A stretch of 32,000 nucleotides of DNA from Candidatus Saccharimonadota bacterium (GTDB lineage Bacteria; Patescibacteriota; Patescibacteriia; 2-12-FULL-60-25), in contig OY970357.1 of assembly GCA_963718585.1 (NCBI GenBank), positions 180,001 through 212,000 of the forward strand, given 5' to 3'. Numbering within the stretch: position 1 is the stretch's first letter; every line of letters begins with the position of its first letter. The notes beneath the pieces were generated by a model. It saw only the letters and a list, made by a program, of their open reading frames with translations. It was not told where the DNA came from and ran no database searches. Of this stretch, positions 15,674-22,743 are shown piece by piece. The position numbers and the translations under genes are program-made.

Positions 15674-16816
15674 TCAACGATCCGTACTTCCACTCGGAAT
15701 TTTTTCAAGATCACTGTCCGTAATTCCGAGACCGAGGTAGCGCATGATCTGATAGGCAGCGTCGCCATCTTTCATATAAATACGACGGCACTTGGATGGA
15801 TCGACATACCACGCCTCACCGTGTTGTTGAATCTGTAACAGGATCTTACCTTTGGTCTGCTTTGCGAGGCTATTTGAAGCACAGACACTTGTAGCGTCTT
15901 TCATACTTTGTGTATCAGCGACGATCGGGATCTTTGCGAGGTCTGTATCTGTGATGCCGAGTCCGAATGATCGCATCATGCTGTACGCAACCGCTCCATC
16001 ACGCATGTAATAACGTGTCTGGTCTGCTGGATTGATGTACCACGCTTCGCCGTGATCTTGGACTTGAAGAGGATTTGTCCAGAAAGTCTGTTGATGAGCG
16101 TTGAATCTTTTTTAAGAGGATCAAAGCTACCATGAATTGGAAAAGCAGCTGAATTAAATGTTACCTCGTTTGAAGTAACATTTGTTTGGTTTGGGATTGT
16201 TGATACCGTTGGCCAGCGTATTTGATAGCCTGGGATATGCTTCTGGATCGACATTGCAGTTAAGCGAGATGTTTTGGTAAAGATAATCAAACGAGTGGGT
16301 ATTTAGGACCCCCAAAGCAAGTATCTCTTCTCGTGTGTCATCAACTGGGACGCCACAATATTTAATATTTTCATTTTCAATAAGTTGTTGGATTTGAGGA
16401 CCACTATAATCTTCACATGTACTTCCATTCCAAATTTCGGCGTTTAGGCATTGGCAAACATCGTTGTCTGCTATCCGCATACCCTTTTTACAGGTTGGGT
16501 CGAATTTAAGAGCCGTAACGAAATAGTTGTTCTGGACACAATCGCTGAAAGTAGCCTGATCGCCTGATAAGAGATTCCTACAATAAGAAAGCGCTATGTC
16601 TGTAAGTTGTTGATCTAGAGTAAGGTCGCAGGAGTTTAGAATTGAAACTGAACTATCTGGCCACCCATCATTGCAAATAACCGAAAGATCATTCAAATCA
16701 AATGTACTGCAGTTTACCCCTTGGTGAGATGAGCATGCTCCCGATGTGGCATGGGCGATCGGAATATAAAAGAACAGCGCTATTAAGCTAAGCGAGGCGT
16801 ATTTCAAGCGGTTCAT
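15674..16816 (-). pseudogene. secreted Cys-rich protein with two C-terminal GEAWY-type repeats, broken by two 1-nt frameshifts
   Basis: Three overlapping ORFs in different frames (16154-16843, 15976-16290, 15674-16006) join into one protein. Signal peptide MNRLKYASLSLIALFFYIPIAHA. Cys-rich region GACSSHQGVNCS...VICNDGWPDSSV. Two repeats ...Q(V/I)Q(D/Q)HGEAWY(I/V)(N/D)P..(T/C)R(Y/R)(Y/I)M(R/K)DG.AAY.(M/I)MR..GLGITD(T/S)DL.KIP. Frame breaks lie near 16165-16185 (CCCAAACCAAACAAA tract) and 16070-16080. The ATG at 16816 is preferred over the TTG at 16843. Confidence 0.7.
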
Positions 16817-16832
16817 AGGGCTATCTAGACCC

Positions 16833-16838
16833 AGTATA
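16833..16838 (-). promoter_or_regulatory. -10 box TATACT (GGGTATACT) for the Cys-rich gene
   Basis: Minus strand reads TTGGGTATACT, then 18 nt, then the ATG at 16816. Same hexamer as the TGGTATACT promoters. Confidence 0.45.
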
Positions 16839-16867
16839 CCCAATATCTACAGACGACGCATAAAGTC

Positions 16868-16896
16868 TTGAAATAGACCTTCAAAGATAGTAAGCT
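16868..16896 (+). promoter_or_regulatory. sigma70-like promoter TTGAAA-17 nt-TAAGCT for tRNA-Ser(GCT)
   Basis: TTGAAA (16868-16873), a 17-nt spacer, TAAGCT (16891-16896). Implies a ~110-nt 5' leader before the tRNA. It sits back-to-back with the divergent promoter at 16833. Confidence 0.5.
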
Positions 16897-16920
16897 CGGG
16901 TGGCTCAATTTAGCGTTCTC

Positions 16921-16939
16921 TTGCGAACGAAGTGAGCAA
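16921..16939 (+). repeat. short hairpin repeat, copy 2 (TTGC-GAACGAAGTGA-GCAA) within the tRNA-Ser(GCT) leader
   Basis: 4-bp stem TTGC/GCAA around GAACGAAGTGA. Same core as 17246 and, on the other strand, 29977. Confidence 0.5.
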
Positions 16940-17014
16940 AGCGCCGACCCGCGAGTAGAGCGACCGAGGGCGCTAAGGCGCACGAGGGTCGCCAAGCTCG
17001 CAGGGGTCGAGCAC

Positions 17015-17104
17015 GGAGAGGTACCCAAGAGGCTGAAGGGGGGAGATTGCTAATCTCCTAGGGGGTAAAACCGCGCGAGGGTTCGAATCCCTCCCTCTCC
17101 GCCA
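17015..17104 (+). tRNA. tRNA-Ser (anticodon GCT), CCA encoded
   Basis: Acceptor GGAGAGG/CCTCTCC. Anticodon arm GGAGA-TTGCTAA-TCTCC. Long variable arm (class II). T-arm GAGGG-TTCGAAT-CCCTC. Discriminator G plus CCA. Confidence 0.95.
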
Positions 17105-17140
17105 TAAGATAAGACCCGCATTCACGCGGGTCTTATCTTA
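17105..17140 (+). terminator. perfect 15-bp hairpin immediately after the tRNA (TAAGATAAGACCCGC-attcac-GCGGGTCTTATCTTA)
   Basis: A perfect 15-bp inverted repeat with a 6-nt loop starts at the first base after CCA. There is no U-tract, so it is either a processing/terminator hairpin or the end of an inserted segment. Confidence 0.5.
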
Positions 17141-17271
17141 TGTAGGGACGGTAATCCAACGGGGAAAGGGGTCGGGGAAACGGGAGTTTCCCCGTGGCGG
17201 AGGGAACGAGCGGAGCGAGTTGGGAACCGATGGGTTCCTAGCGCAGGGAACGAAGTGACGAGCAGTGAGAT

Positions 17272-17288
17272 TCCCTCCCTCTCCGCCA
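17272..17288 (+). repeat. 17-bp direct duplicate of the tRNA-Ser(GCT) 3' end (TCCCTCCCTCTCCGCCA)
   Basis: Identical to 17088-17104; 19 of 20 if extended (GAaTCCC.. versus GAtTCCC..). Start-to-start distance is 184 bp. An inverted partial copy TGGCGGAGGGA lies at 17195-17205. Confidence 0.85.
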
Positions 17289-17294
17289 TGCACG

Positions 17295-17318
17295 AAACCC
17301 GCCGAACGGCGGGTTTTT
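17295..17318 (+). terminator. rho-independent terminator (AAACCCGCC-gaac-GGCGGGTTT + TT)
   Basis: 9-bp GC-rich stem, 4-nt loop and a U-tract, directly after the duplicated tRNA 3' end. Probably the original tRNA terminator. Confidence 0.75.
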
Positions 17319-17326
17319 GGTATACT
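17318..17326 (+). promoter_or_regulatory. extended -10 promoter box TGGTATACT upstream of the PAP2 gene
   Basis: An exact TGGTATACT abuts the terminator U-tract. It would give a ~110-nt 5' UTR that begins with the hairpin CCGTCCAT-cc-ATGGACGG (17331-17348). Confidence 0.5.
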
Positions 17327-17440
17327 GTTTCCGTCCATCCATGGACGGACGACGACCTCCTTAGGAGTTGCGTCCTATCGGTCGGGTCGGTACAACGGTT
17401 TCGTTCCGGTGCCTTTCATCTCATGATCATCTAAACATCT

Positions 17441-17941
17441 ATGGACGCATTCGAGATCTTCTCTGCGAAATATCTATTCCTCCTCCCTCTGGTAATCCTT
17501 GGGGCATACTTCCTCACACGCAAATGGCCCGCGCAAAAGCGCATGACGCTTTTTGCGATCCCGGCAGGGATCCTGACATTCTCGATCGGATATCTCGTTC
17601 GGCTGTTCTACTACGACCCGCGCCCGTTCGTCGTCGGACACTTCACCCCGCTCATCCAACACGCAGCGGACAACGGCTTTCCGTCAGACCATACGCTTCT
17701 CGTCGCCGCGCTTGCGATGGTCGGGACGTATTGGAACAAGTGGCTTGGTGTCGTCTTATGGGTGATCGTGGTCCTCGTGGGGAGCGCTCGGGTGTATACC
17801 GGCGTCCATCACGCGATCGATATCCTCGCGAGCATCCTCATCGCCATCGTCTCGGTGATCGTGTGGTATGCGATCGTCGATCGCCTGTGGAAGCCCAAAG
17901 ACGCGAGACCGCCGAGCGAGAAGCCTTCGGCTTCGTCCTAA
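17441..17941 (+). CDS. PAP2-family membrane phosphatase (BcrC/undecaprenyl-diphosphatase-like)
   Basis: 166 aa. PAP2 motifs: YYDPRPF (KX6RP-like), FPSDHT (PSGH) and SARVYTGVHHAIDI (SRX5HX3D). Multi-TM. Confidence 0.85.
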   Translation: MDAFEIFSAKYLFLLPLVILGAYFLTRKWPAQKRMTLFAIPAGILTFSIGYLVRLFYYDPRPFVVGHFTPLIQHAADNGFPSDHTLLVAALAMVGTYWNKWLGVVLWVIVVLVGSARVYTGVHHAIDILASILIAIVSVIVWYAIVDRLWKPKDARPPSEKPSASS

Positions 17942-17944
17942 ACG

Positions 17945-17964
17945 CATCCGCCGAACGGCGGATG
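17945..17964. terminator. hairpin between convergent PAP2 and cyoE genes (CATCCGCC-gaac-GGCGGATG)
   Basis: 8-bp stem with a GAAC loop. It shares the 14-nt core CCGCCGAACGGCGG with the terminator at 17295. U-tracts are weak on both strands. Confidence 0.5.
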
Positions 17965-17971
17965 TTCCGCA

Positions 17972-18841
17972 TCAGATCGATGTCACTGCGATCGTGAGGA
18001 AGAGGATCATCATCACGATGAGAGACGTGTTGAACATCTGATGCGCCCAGGCGATGTTCCGTTTTGACGTGTCCGGAATCAGGAGACCGCGGATCGCGAG
18101 GATGAGCCACAGGAGGGAAAGACCGATCGCGATCGTGAAATAGAATATCCCGGTGTAGCCGAAGACTGTGAGCGACGGTGCGAGGAGGGTGAACGCGATG
18201 ATGTAGAGGAGGATCTGGATCTTCGTCGCCTTGAGGCCGTGTCCGACCGGGAGTGCTGGGACGCGCGCATCCGCGTAGTCATTCCTCCGCCGGATCGCGA
18301 TCGCGTAGAAATGCGGCATCTGCCACGCGATCATGATCACGAAGAGGAGGAAGGCCGCGAAGTCGATCCGTCCGCTTGCGGCGGCATAGCCCGCGACCGG
18401 CGGCGTGGCGCCGGCGACGCTGCCAATGACCGTGGACCACGACGTCTCGCGCTTGGACCAGAGGCTGTACGGGAAGAGGTAGAAGAAAAAGCCGACCGCG
18501 GCGACCGCGGCGGCTGTGAGGTCCACGAAGAGCGCAAGCGTCGCGAATCCGGTGAATCCGAGGACAAAGCCTGTCATCGTCCCGCCGGCAGGCGAGATGC
18601 GTCCGCTGGCGATCGCCCGATCCTTCGTCCGTTCCATCTTCGTATCGATGTCCCGATCGATGACGTTGTTGAATGCGCACGCGGACGCGATCACGAGCGC
18701 GATGCCGACGAACGTGAGGAGAAAGAGATGCGCGTCGATGCGGCCACGCGACGCGAGGAAGAAGCCGCCGATGAGCGTCACCGCGTTCCCCGCGATGATG
18801 CCGGGCTTCGTGATCTCGACGTAGTCCCAGAGCGACGCCAT
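17972..18841 (-). CDS. cyoE: protoheme IX farnesyltransferase (heme O synthase)
   Basis: 289 aa, UbiA family: ITKPGIIAGNAVTLIGGFFLAS, NNVIDRDIDTKMERTKDRAIASGRIS. Last gene of the cyo block. Confidence 0.9.
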   Translation of the reverse strand: MASLWDYVEITKPGIIAGNAVTLIGGFFLASRGRIDAHLFLLTFVGIALVIASACAFNNVIDRDIDTKMERTKDRAIASGRISPAGGTMTGFVLGFTGFATLALFVDLTAAAVAAVGFFFYLFPYSLWSKRETSWSTVIGSVAGATPPVAGYAAASGRIDFAAFLLFVIMIAWQMPHFYAIAIRRRNDYADARVPALPVGHGLKATKIQILLYIIAFTLLAPSLTVFGYTGIFYFTIAIGLSLLWLILAIRGLLIPDTSKRNIAWAHQMFNTSLIVMMILFLTIAVTSI

Positions 18842-18842
18842 A

Positions 18843-19211
18843 TCAGAATCCTTGTTGTCCGTTGATGTATTGCGTCATGGCATCCGGTGACGCCATCATG
18901 TTGTAGTTCAGGTGCGCCATGATCCAGACGGAGCCGCCGACGATGATGAGGACCGAGCCCATGGTGGCGATGAATGTCCCGATCTTCCACCGTCGGCCAG
19001 CGCCGAAGCCAAGGTCGATGAAGCAGAGCATCTGCACCCCGAGCTGGATCACGGCAAATGTGAGGATCAGAGCGCCCAACGCCCACCCCAAGAGCCAGTG
19101 CTGGATCACGGCCAGATACGCGGCGAAGGTGAGCGCGATCGCGAGGACGTAGCCGATGAGGACGTTTTTGAGCGTCAGACTGGAGGTGCGTTCCATAGGT
19201 TTAGCGGACAT
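18843..19211 (-). CDS. cyoD: cytochrome o/aa3-type quinol oxidase subunit IV
   Basis: 122 aa with 3 TM helices, positioned between subunit III and cyoE. The N-terminus LKNVLIGYVLAIALTFAAYLAV resembles CyoD/QoxD. Confidence 0.8.
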   Translation of the reverse strand: MSAKPMERTSSLTLKNVLIGYVLAIALTFAAYLAVIQHWLLGWALGALILTFAVIQLGVQMLCFIDLGFGAGRRWKIGTFIATMGSVLIIVGGSVWIMAHLNYNMMASPDAMTQYINGQQGF

Positions 19212-19773
19212 GGCCGAGGAGATACACGGCTGTGAAGATGAAGATCCAGACGAGGTCGAGGAAGTGCCAGAAGAGGCTGAAGCGCTGGAGACGTGAGACC
19301 ACGAACCGGCTAAGTCCGCGGATCCGGATCTGCATCATACCCACGAACATCCAGAGGAGACCGAGGGTGATATGGAGACCGTGCGCACCCACGAGTGTGA
19401 AGAAGGAGGAGAGGAACGCGTTGCGCTGGGGGCCGTTGCCGGTGGTGATGAGATGCGCGAATTCTGAAAGCTCGAGTCCGAGAAAGGCCGCGCCCAAAAG
19501 GAATGTCACCGCAAGCCACGCGACCGCGTGATCCGCGCGCTTTTTTCCGATCGCGAGCATGGCGAGACTGCTCGTGAGACTGCTCGTGAGGAGGGCGAGC
19601 GTCTCCCAGAGCGCGTTGGTGAGGTTGAGGAGATCGCCGGCGCCCGGGCCGCCGAACGTCGCGCCACGTAGGACGGCGTACGATGCGAAGAGCACCGCGA
19701 ACATGAGCAGGTCGGTCAGGAGGAAGACCCAGAATCCGAAGGCTAATTTTTCCGATCGGGCATCCGTGGTCAT
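19201..19773 (-). CDS. cyoC: quinol oxidase subunit III
   Basis: 190 aa. FGFWVFLLTDLLMFAVLFASYAVL and the C-terminal FWHFLDLVWIFIFTAVY are typical of CyoC/COX3. Confidence 0.9.
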   Translation of the reverse strand: MTTDARSEKLAFGFWVFLLTDLLMFAVLFASYAVLRGATFGGPGAGDLLNLTNALWETLALLTSSLTSSLAMLAIGKKRADHAVAWLAVTFLLGAAFLGLELSEFAHLITTGNGPQRNAFLSSFFTLVGAHGLHITLGLLWMFVGMMQIRIRGLSRFVVSRLQRFSLFWHFLDLVWIFIFTAVYLLGHVR

Positions 19774-21737
19774 ACACGTTTCGCTTCAAGCCGCTTCACC
19801 TCTGCGGCCGTGAGGATATATTCCGTGTCATCGTCGAACGAGCGGGCGATGAGGCATGCGACGATGCCCCCGAAGCCAAGCACCGCAAGCCAGAGGATGT
19901 GCCAGACGAGAGCGAATCCGAGGAGGAGTGCGAAGCCCGCGATGTACATGCCGAGCGGGGTGTTCCGGGCCATGACGATGTCTTCGTATCTTGTCGGTGC
20001 CTTGTCCAGGCCCTTTTTCTTCATCTCCCAGAATGCGTCGCGGCACGTGACGCGCGGCGTGACGGCAAAGCTGTAGAACGGCGGAGGGGAGGGGACGGAC
20101 CATTCGAGCGTGCGGCCGTTCCACGGATCACCGGTCGTATCGCGATGCTGCTTCCGTTCCTTCACGCTCACGACGATCTGGATGATCTGTGTGATCGCAC
20201 CGAGCGTCAGCACGCAGATACCTACTGCGGCCGTGATGAAGAGCGGCTGATATCCGGACGAGGCGGCGTAGTGGTCGAGGCGCCGATTCGCCCCCATGGC
20301 GCCGAGGATGTAGAGCGGGCCGAAGGAGAGGAAAAAGCCGAAAAGCCAGAGCCAGAACGCGCGCTTGCCCCAGCGTTCATTCAACGTGAAGCCGAAGACC
20401 TTGGGGAACCAGTACGTGATCCCCGCGAAGATACCGAAGAGCGCGACGCCAACGATCATGGTGTGGAAGTGCGCGACGAGGAAAAGCGTGTTGTGGAGCT
20501 GGTAGTCCGCGGTCGGAGAGGCGAGGAGCGCGCCCGCCATGCCACCGAACGTGAAGAGTGCGGCGAATCCCAGGAACCAGTACATGGGCGTGAAGAAGCG
20601 GATGCGTCCCCGCCACATGGTCATGATCCAGTTGAAGACCTGGACGCCGGCGGGGATCGCGATGAGCATGGTCGAGAGGCCGAAGATGAGGTTCACGTCC
20701 GAGCCTGCGCCCATGGTGAAGAAGTGGTGGAGCCATACGAGCGTCGCGATGAAGGTGACCCCGATCGCGGCGAGGACCATGGAGACATAGCCGAAGACGC
20801 GTTTTTGCGAGAATGTTGCAACCACCTCGGAGAAGATGCCGAAGGAGGGGAGCACGAGGATATATACCTCCGGATGGCCCCACATCCAGATGAGGTTCAC
20901 ATACATCATGGGGTTGCCGCCTGCGCCGGTGGTGAAGAAATGCATACCGAAGAACCGGTCGAGCCAGATGAGGAGCGTTGTGACCGTGAGCACGGGGAAC
21001 GCGGCCGTGATGAGTGCCGAGGCGCAGAGCGATGTCCAGGTGAATAAGGGCATCCGCATGAGCTTCATGCCTGGCGCGCGCATCTTGAGGATCGTGACGA
21101 AAAAGTTCAGTCCCGTGAGTAGGCTGCCGAGGCCGGAGATCTGTAGGCTCCAGACCCAGTAATCCACGCCAGGACCCGGGCTATATGCGAGCTCGGCGAG
21201 CGGCGGGAGCGAGAGCCAGCCTGTGGCCGCGAACGATCCGCCGAAGACGAAAAAGAGATTGATGAGGATCGCGCCCGCGACATAGAGCCAGAAGCCGACG
21301 GAGTTGAGGAACGGGAAGGCGAGGTCCCGTGCGCCGATCTGGAGCGGGACGATGAGGTTCATGAGTCCCACGATGAGGCCCATGGTGACGAAAAAGACCA
21401 TGACATCCCCATGGGCAGTGAAGATCTGCTGGAAGTGTGCAGACGTGAGGTAACCGTGCGATGCGCCGGACGACATCGCTTGTTGGAACCAGATCATGGC
21501 CGCGTCGATGAGCCCGCGGAAGAACATGAGCCCAGCGACGATGATGTACATGACCCCGATCTTCTTCGGATCAGTCGCGGTCAACCACTCTTTCCAAAGC
21601 CGTCTCCACTTCCTCTTCGCCGTGAGGAACCACGCCGCAGCCGCGAGCATCGCGATGATCGATGCCGTGCCCCCGACCGTGTACCAATGGTGAGGCAGGG
21701 CATCAAGTGTCAGGTTGCCGAAGAGGAAATGCCACAT
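19770..21737 (-). CDS. cyoB: heme-copper quinol oxidase subunit I
   Basis: 655 aa. HCO signatures WGHPEVYILVLP, WLHHFFTMGAG, VAHFHTMIV. C-terminal GDPWNGRTLEWSVPSPPPFYSF as in CyoB. Confidence 0.95.
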   Translation of the reverse strand: MWHFLFGNLTLDALPHHWYTVGGTASIIAMLAAAAWFLTAKRKWRRLWKEWLTATDPKKIGVMYIIVAGLMFFRGLIDAAMIWFQQAMSSGASHGYLTSAHFQQIFTAHGDVMVFFVTMGLIVGLMNLIVPLQIGARDLAFPFLNSVGFWLYVAGAILINLFFVFGGSFAATGWLSLPPLAELAYSPGPGVDYWVWSLQISGLGSLLTGLNFFVTILKMRAPGMKLMRMPLFTWTSLCASALITAAFPVLTVTTLLIWLDRFFGMHFFTTGAGGNPMMYVNLIWMWGHPEVYILVLPSFGIFSEVVATFSQKRVFGYVSMVLAAIGVTFIATLVWLHHFFTMGAGSDVNLIFGLSTMLIAIPAGVQVFNWIMTMWRGRIRFFTPMYWFLGFAALFTFGGMAGALLASPTADYQLHNTLFLVAHFHTMIVGVALFGIFAGITYWFPKVFGFTLNERWGKRAFWLWLFGFFLSFGPLYILGAMGANRRLDHYAASSGYQPLFITAAVGICVLTLGAITQIIQIVVSVKERKQHRDTTGDPWNGRTLEWSVPSPPPFYSFAVTPRVTCRDAFWEMKKKGLDKAPTRYEDIVMARNTPLGMYIAGFALLLGFALVWHILWLAVLGFGGIVACLIARSFDDDTEYILTAAEVKRLEAKRV

Positions 21738-21738
21738 A

Positions 21739-22662
21739 CTACATGGACAAGCCGGCGGGCATCGGGGCGGGCACCGTTTGATCCGACGGCGTGGAAGAAG
21801 ACATATCTGGCATCATATCCTTCGTGAGCACCCAGCCATAGAGGTTCGGGTCGCCTAAGGTATAGACGGCGGGCGGGACATCCGTACTGGGTTTGACGAG
21901 CGTGGCGTAGGTCTGTCGATCAAGGGATCCGGATGAACGCTGGACTTGGTGGACCCACGCATCGAAATCCTCGGACGTGACGGACTTCGCGGTAAACGTC
22001 ATGCCCGCATATCCCGCACCATTGATCTCCGTGTCGCGGCCTAGATATTCGCCGGTCGAGGAGGCCATGAGGCTCAACTGCGTCTGCATCGCGGCCATGG
22101 CGTAGATCTGGCTGCCGAGCTGTGGGATCCAGAATGAGCTCATGGGCGCGTCGGCCGTGAGTTCGAAATGGACGGGCCGCTGTTCCGGAAACACGATCTG
22201 GTTCACGGTAGCGATGTGCTGGTCGGGATAGATGAAGAGCCACTTCCATCGCAATGCGATGACTTGGATCGTGAGCGGTGGCTGAGATGATGGGATCGAT
22301 GCGTATGGATCGAGTCGAGGCGTGTTCTGCCAAGAGATCATTCCGATGACGACCACGACAGCAGCCGGGATAACCCACAGCGCAGCCTCGGCCCAGGGGC
22401 TATGCACGCGCTCCGGTTCGTAGGTCGCTTTTGTATTGTCCGCCCGGTATCTCCACGCGAACGTGTAGAGCAGGATGAGCATGGGGATCGCCACCACCAG
22501 CATGGCGAGGATCGAATACACGATGACATCGCGTTCCTGCGAGGCGATGGTCCCTTGCGGAGTCAGTAAAGCGACGAGGCTGTTCCCGATGAGCAGTCTG
22601 ATGAGGATGATCGCCGCAAGGGCGATCAGGATGCCGAGGAGGATGCGGAAACGCGCCTTCAT
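21739..22662 (-). CDS. cyoA: quinol oxidase subunit II (no CuA site)
   Basis: Collinear with the E. coli CyoA sequence as recalled from memory (…FAWRYRA…, IALRWKWLFIYPDQHIATVNQIVFP, SSFWIPQLGSQIYAMAAMQTQL). The cupredoxin region has no Cys/His CuA ligands, so this is the quinol-oxidase type. There is no lipobox Cys. The ATG at 22662 (MKARFRILLG…) is preferred because the ORF-track start at 22719 lies inside the upstream terminator hairpin. Confidence 0.9.
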   Translation of the reverse strand: MKARFRILLGILIALAAIILIRLLIGNSLVALLTPQGTIASQERDVIVYSILAMLVVAIPMLILLYTFAWRYRADNTKATYEPERVHSPWAEAALWVIPAAVVVVIGMISWQNTPRLDPYASIPSSQPPLTIQVIALRWKWLFIYPDQHIATVNQIVFPEQRPVHFELTADAPMSSFWIPQLGSQIYAMAAMQTQLSLMASSTGEYLGRDTEINGAGYAGMTFTAKSVTSEDFDAWVHQVQRSSGSLDRQTYATLVKPSTDVPPAVYTLGDPNLYGWVLTKDMMPDMSSSTPSDQTVPAPMPAGLSM

Positions 22663-22716
22663 TTCCCTCTGATTTTCCCACAGGCCGGGCGGAACGTCTA
22701 GCGGGTAGATCGATGA

Positions 22717-22740
22717 CAAAAGACCCGCCGAAGCGGGTCT
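22717..22740 (-). terminator. rho-independent terminator after the ABC exporter genes (AGACCCGC-ttcg-GCGGGTCT + TTTT on minus strand)
   Basis: 8-bp GC-rich stem with a 4-nt loop followed by TTTT on the minus strand. It starts 4 nt after the stop at 22744 and separates the ABC operon from the cyo operon. Confidence 0.75.
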
Positions 22741-22743
22741 GTG

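Larger units (their letters stand above)
14850..16867. other. low-GC island (compositional break) between the ICMT gene and the tRNA-Ser(GCT) promoter
   Basis: By eye the sequence switches abruptly from GC-rich to AT-rich right after the stop at 14846 and back again near 16870. Codon usage in the two enclosed genes is A/T-ending (Lys/Asn/Ile/Phe-rich proteins). Confidence 0.75.

Noticed and set aside
16900-17014. Possibility that the tRNA-Ser leader is SRP (4.5S) RNA, which often neighbours tRNA-Ser
   Set aside because: The conserved SRP helix-8 sequence (…GGUCCGGAAGGAAGCAGCC…-like, GNRA tetraloop with symmetric loop) is absent from both leaders.
16825-17028. Small ORFs overlapping tRNA genes and leaders (16825-17028, 17138-17338, 29810-30007, 30578-30787, 30586-30768)
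   Set aside because: They overlap confidently folded tRNAs or structured non-coding DNA. Their products (e.g. …ALCSLRSQEN…) are translation artefacts of the GC-rich hairpin repeats.
14850-17288. Calling the low-GC island plus tRNA duplication an intact genomic island or prophage
   Set aside because: There is no integrase, recombinase, phage or transfer gene. The tRNA-end duplicate brackets only 184 bp on the opposite side of the tRNA from the island. It is reported as separate observations instead.
17299-17312. Identical 14-nt core CCGCCGAACGGCGG in two terminator hairpins (17299-17312 and 17948-17961), considered as a repeat element
   Set aside because: Both are simple GC-rich stems with a GAAC loop in terminator positions. 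Other terminators here (22721, 29788, 30777) use similar (A/G)(A/C)CCCGC(C) stems. This points to convergent terminator design rather than a mobile repeat.
19899-21047. 382-aa plus-strand ORF (and neighbours 20539-20790, 20836-21162)
   Set aside because: Antisense to cyoB. The product is dominated by E/D/R/H/G runs. cyoB carries unmistakable heme-copper oxidase signatures.
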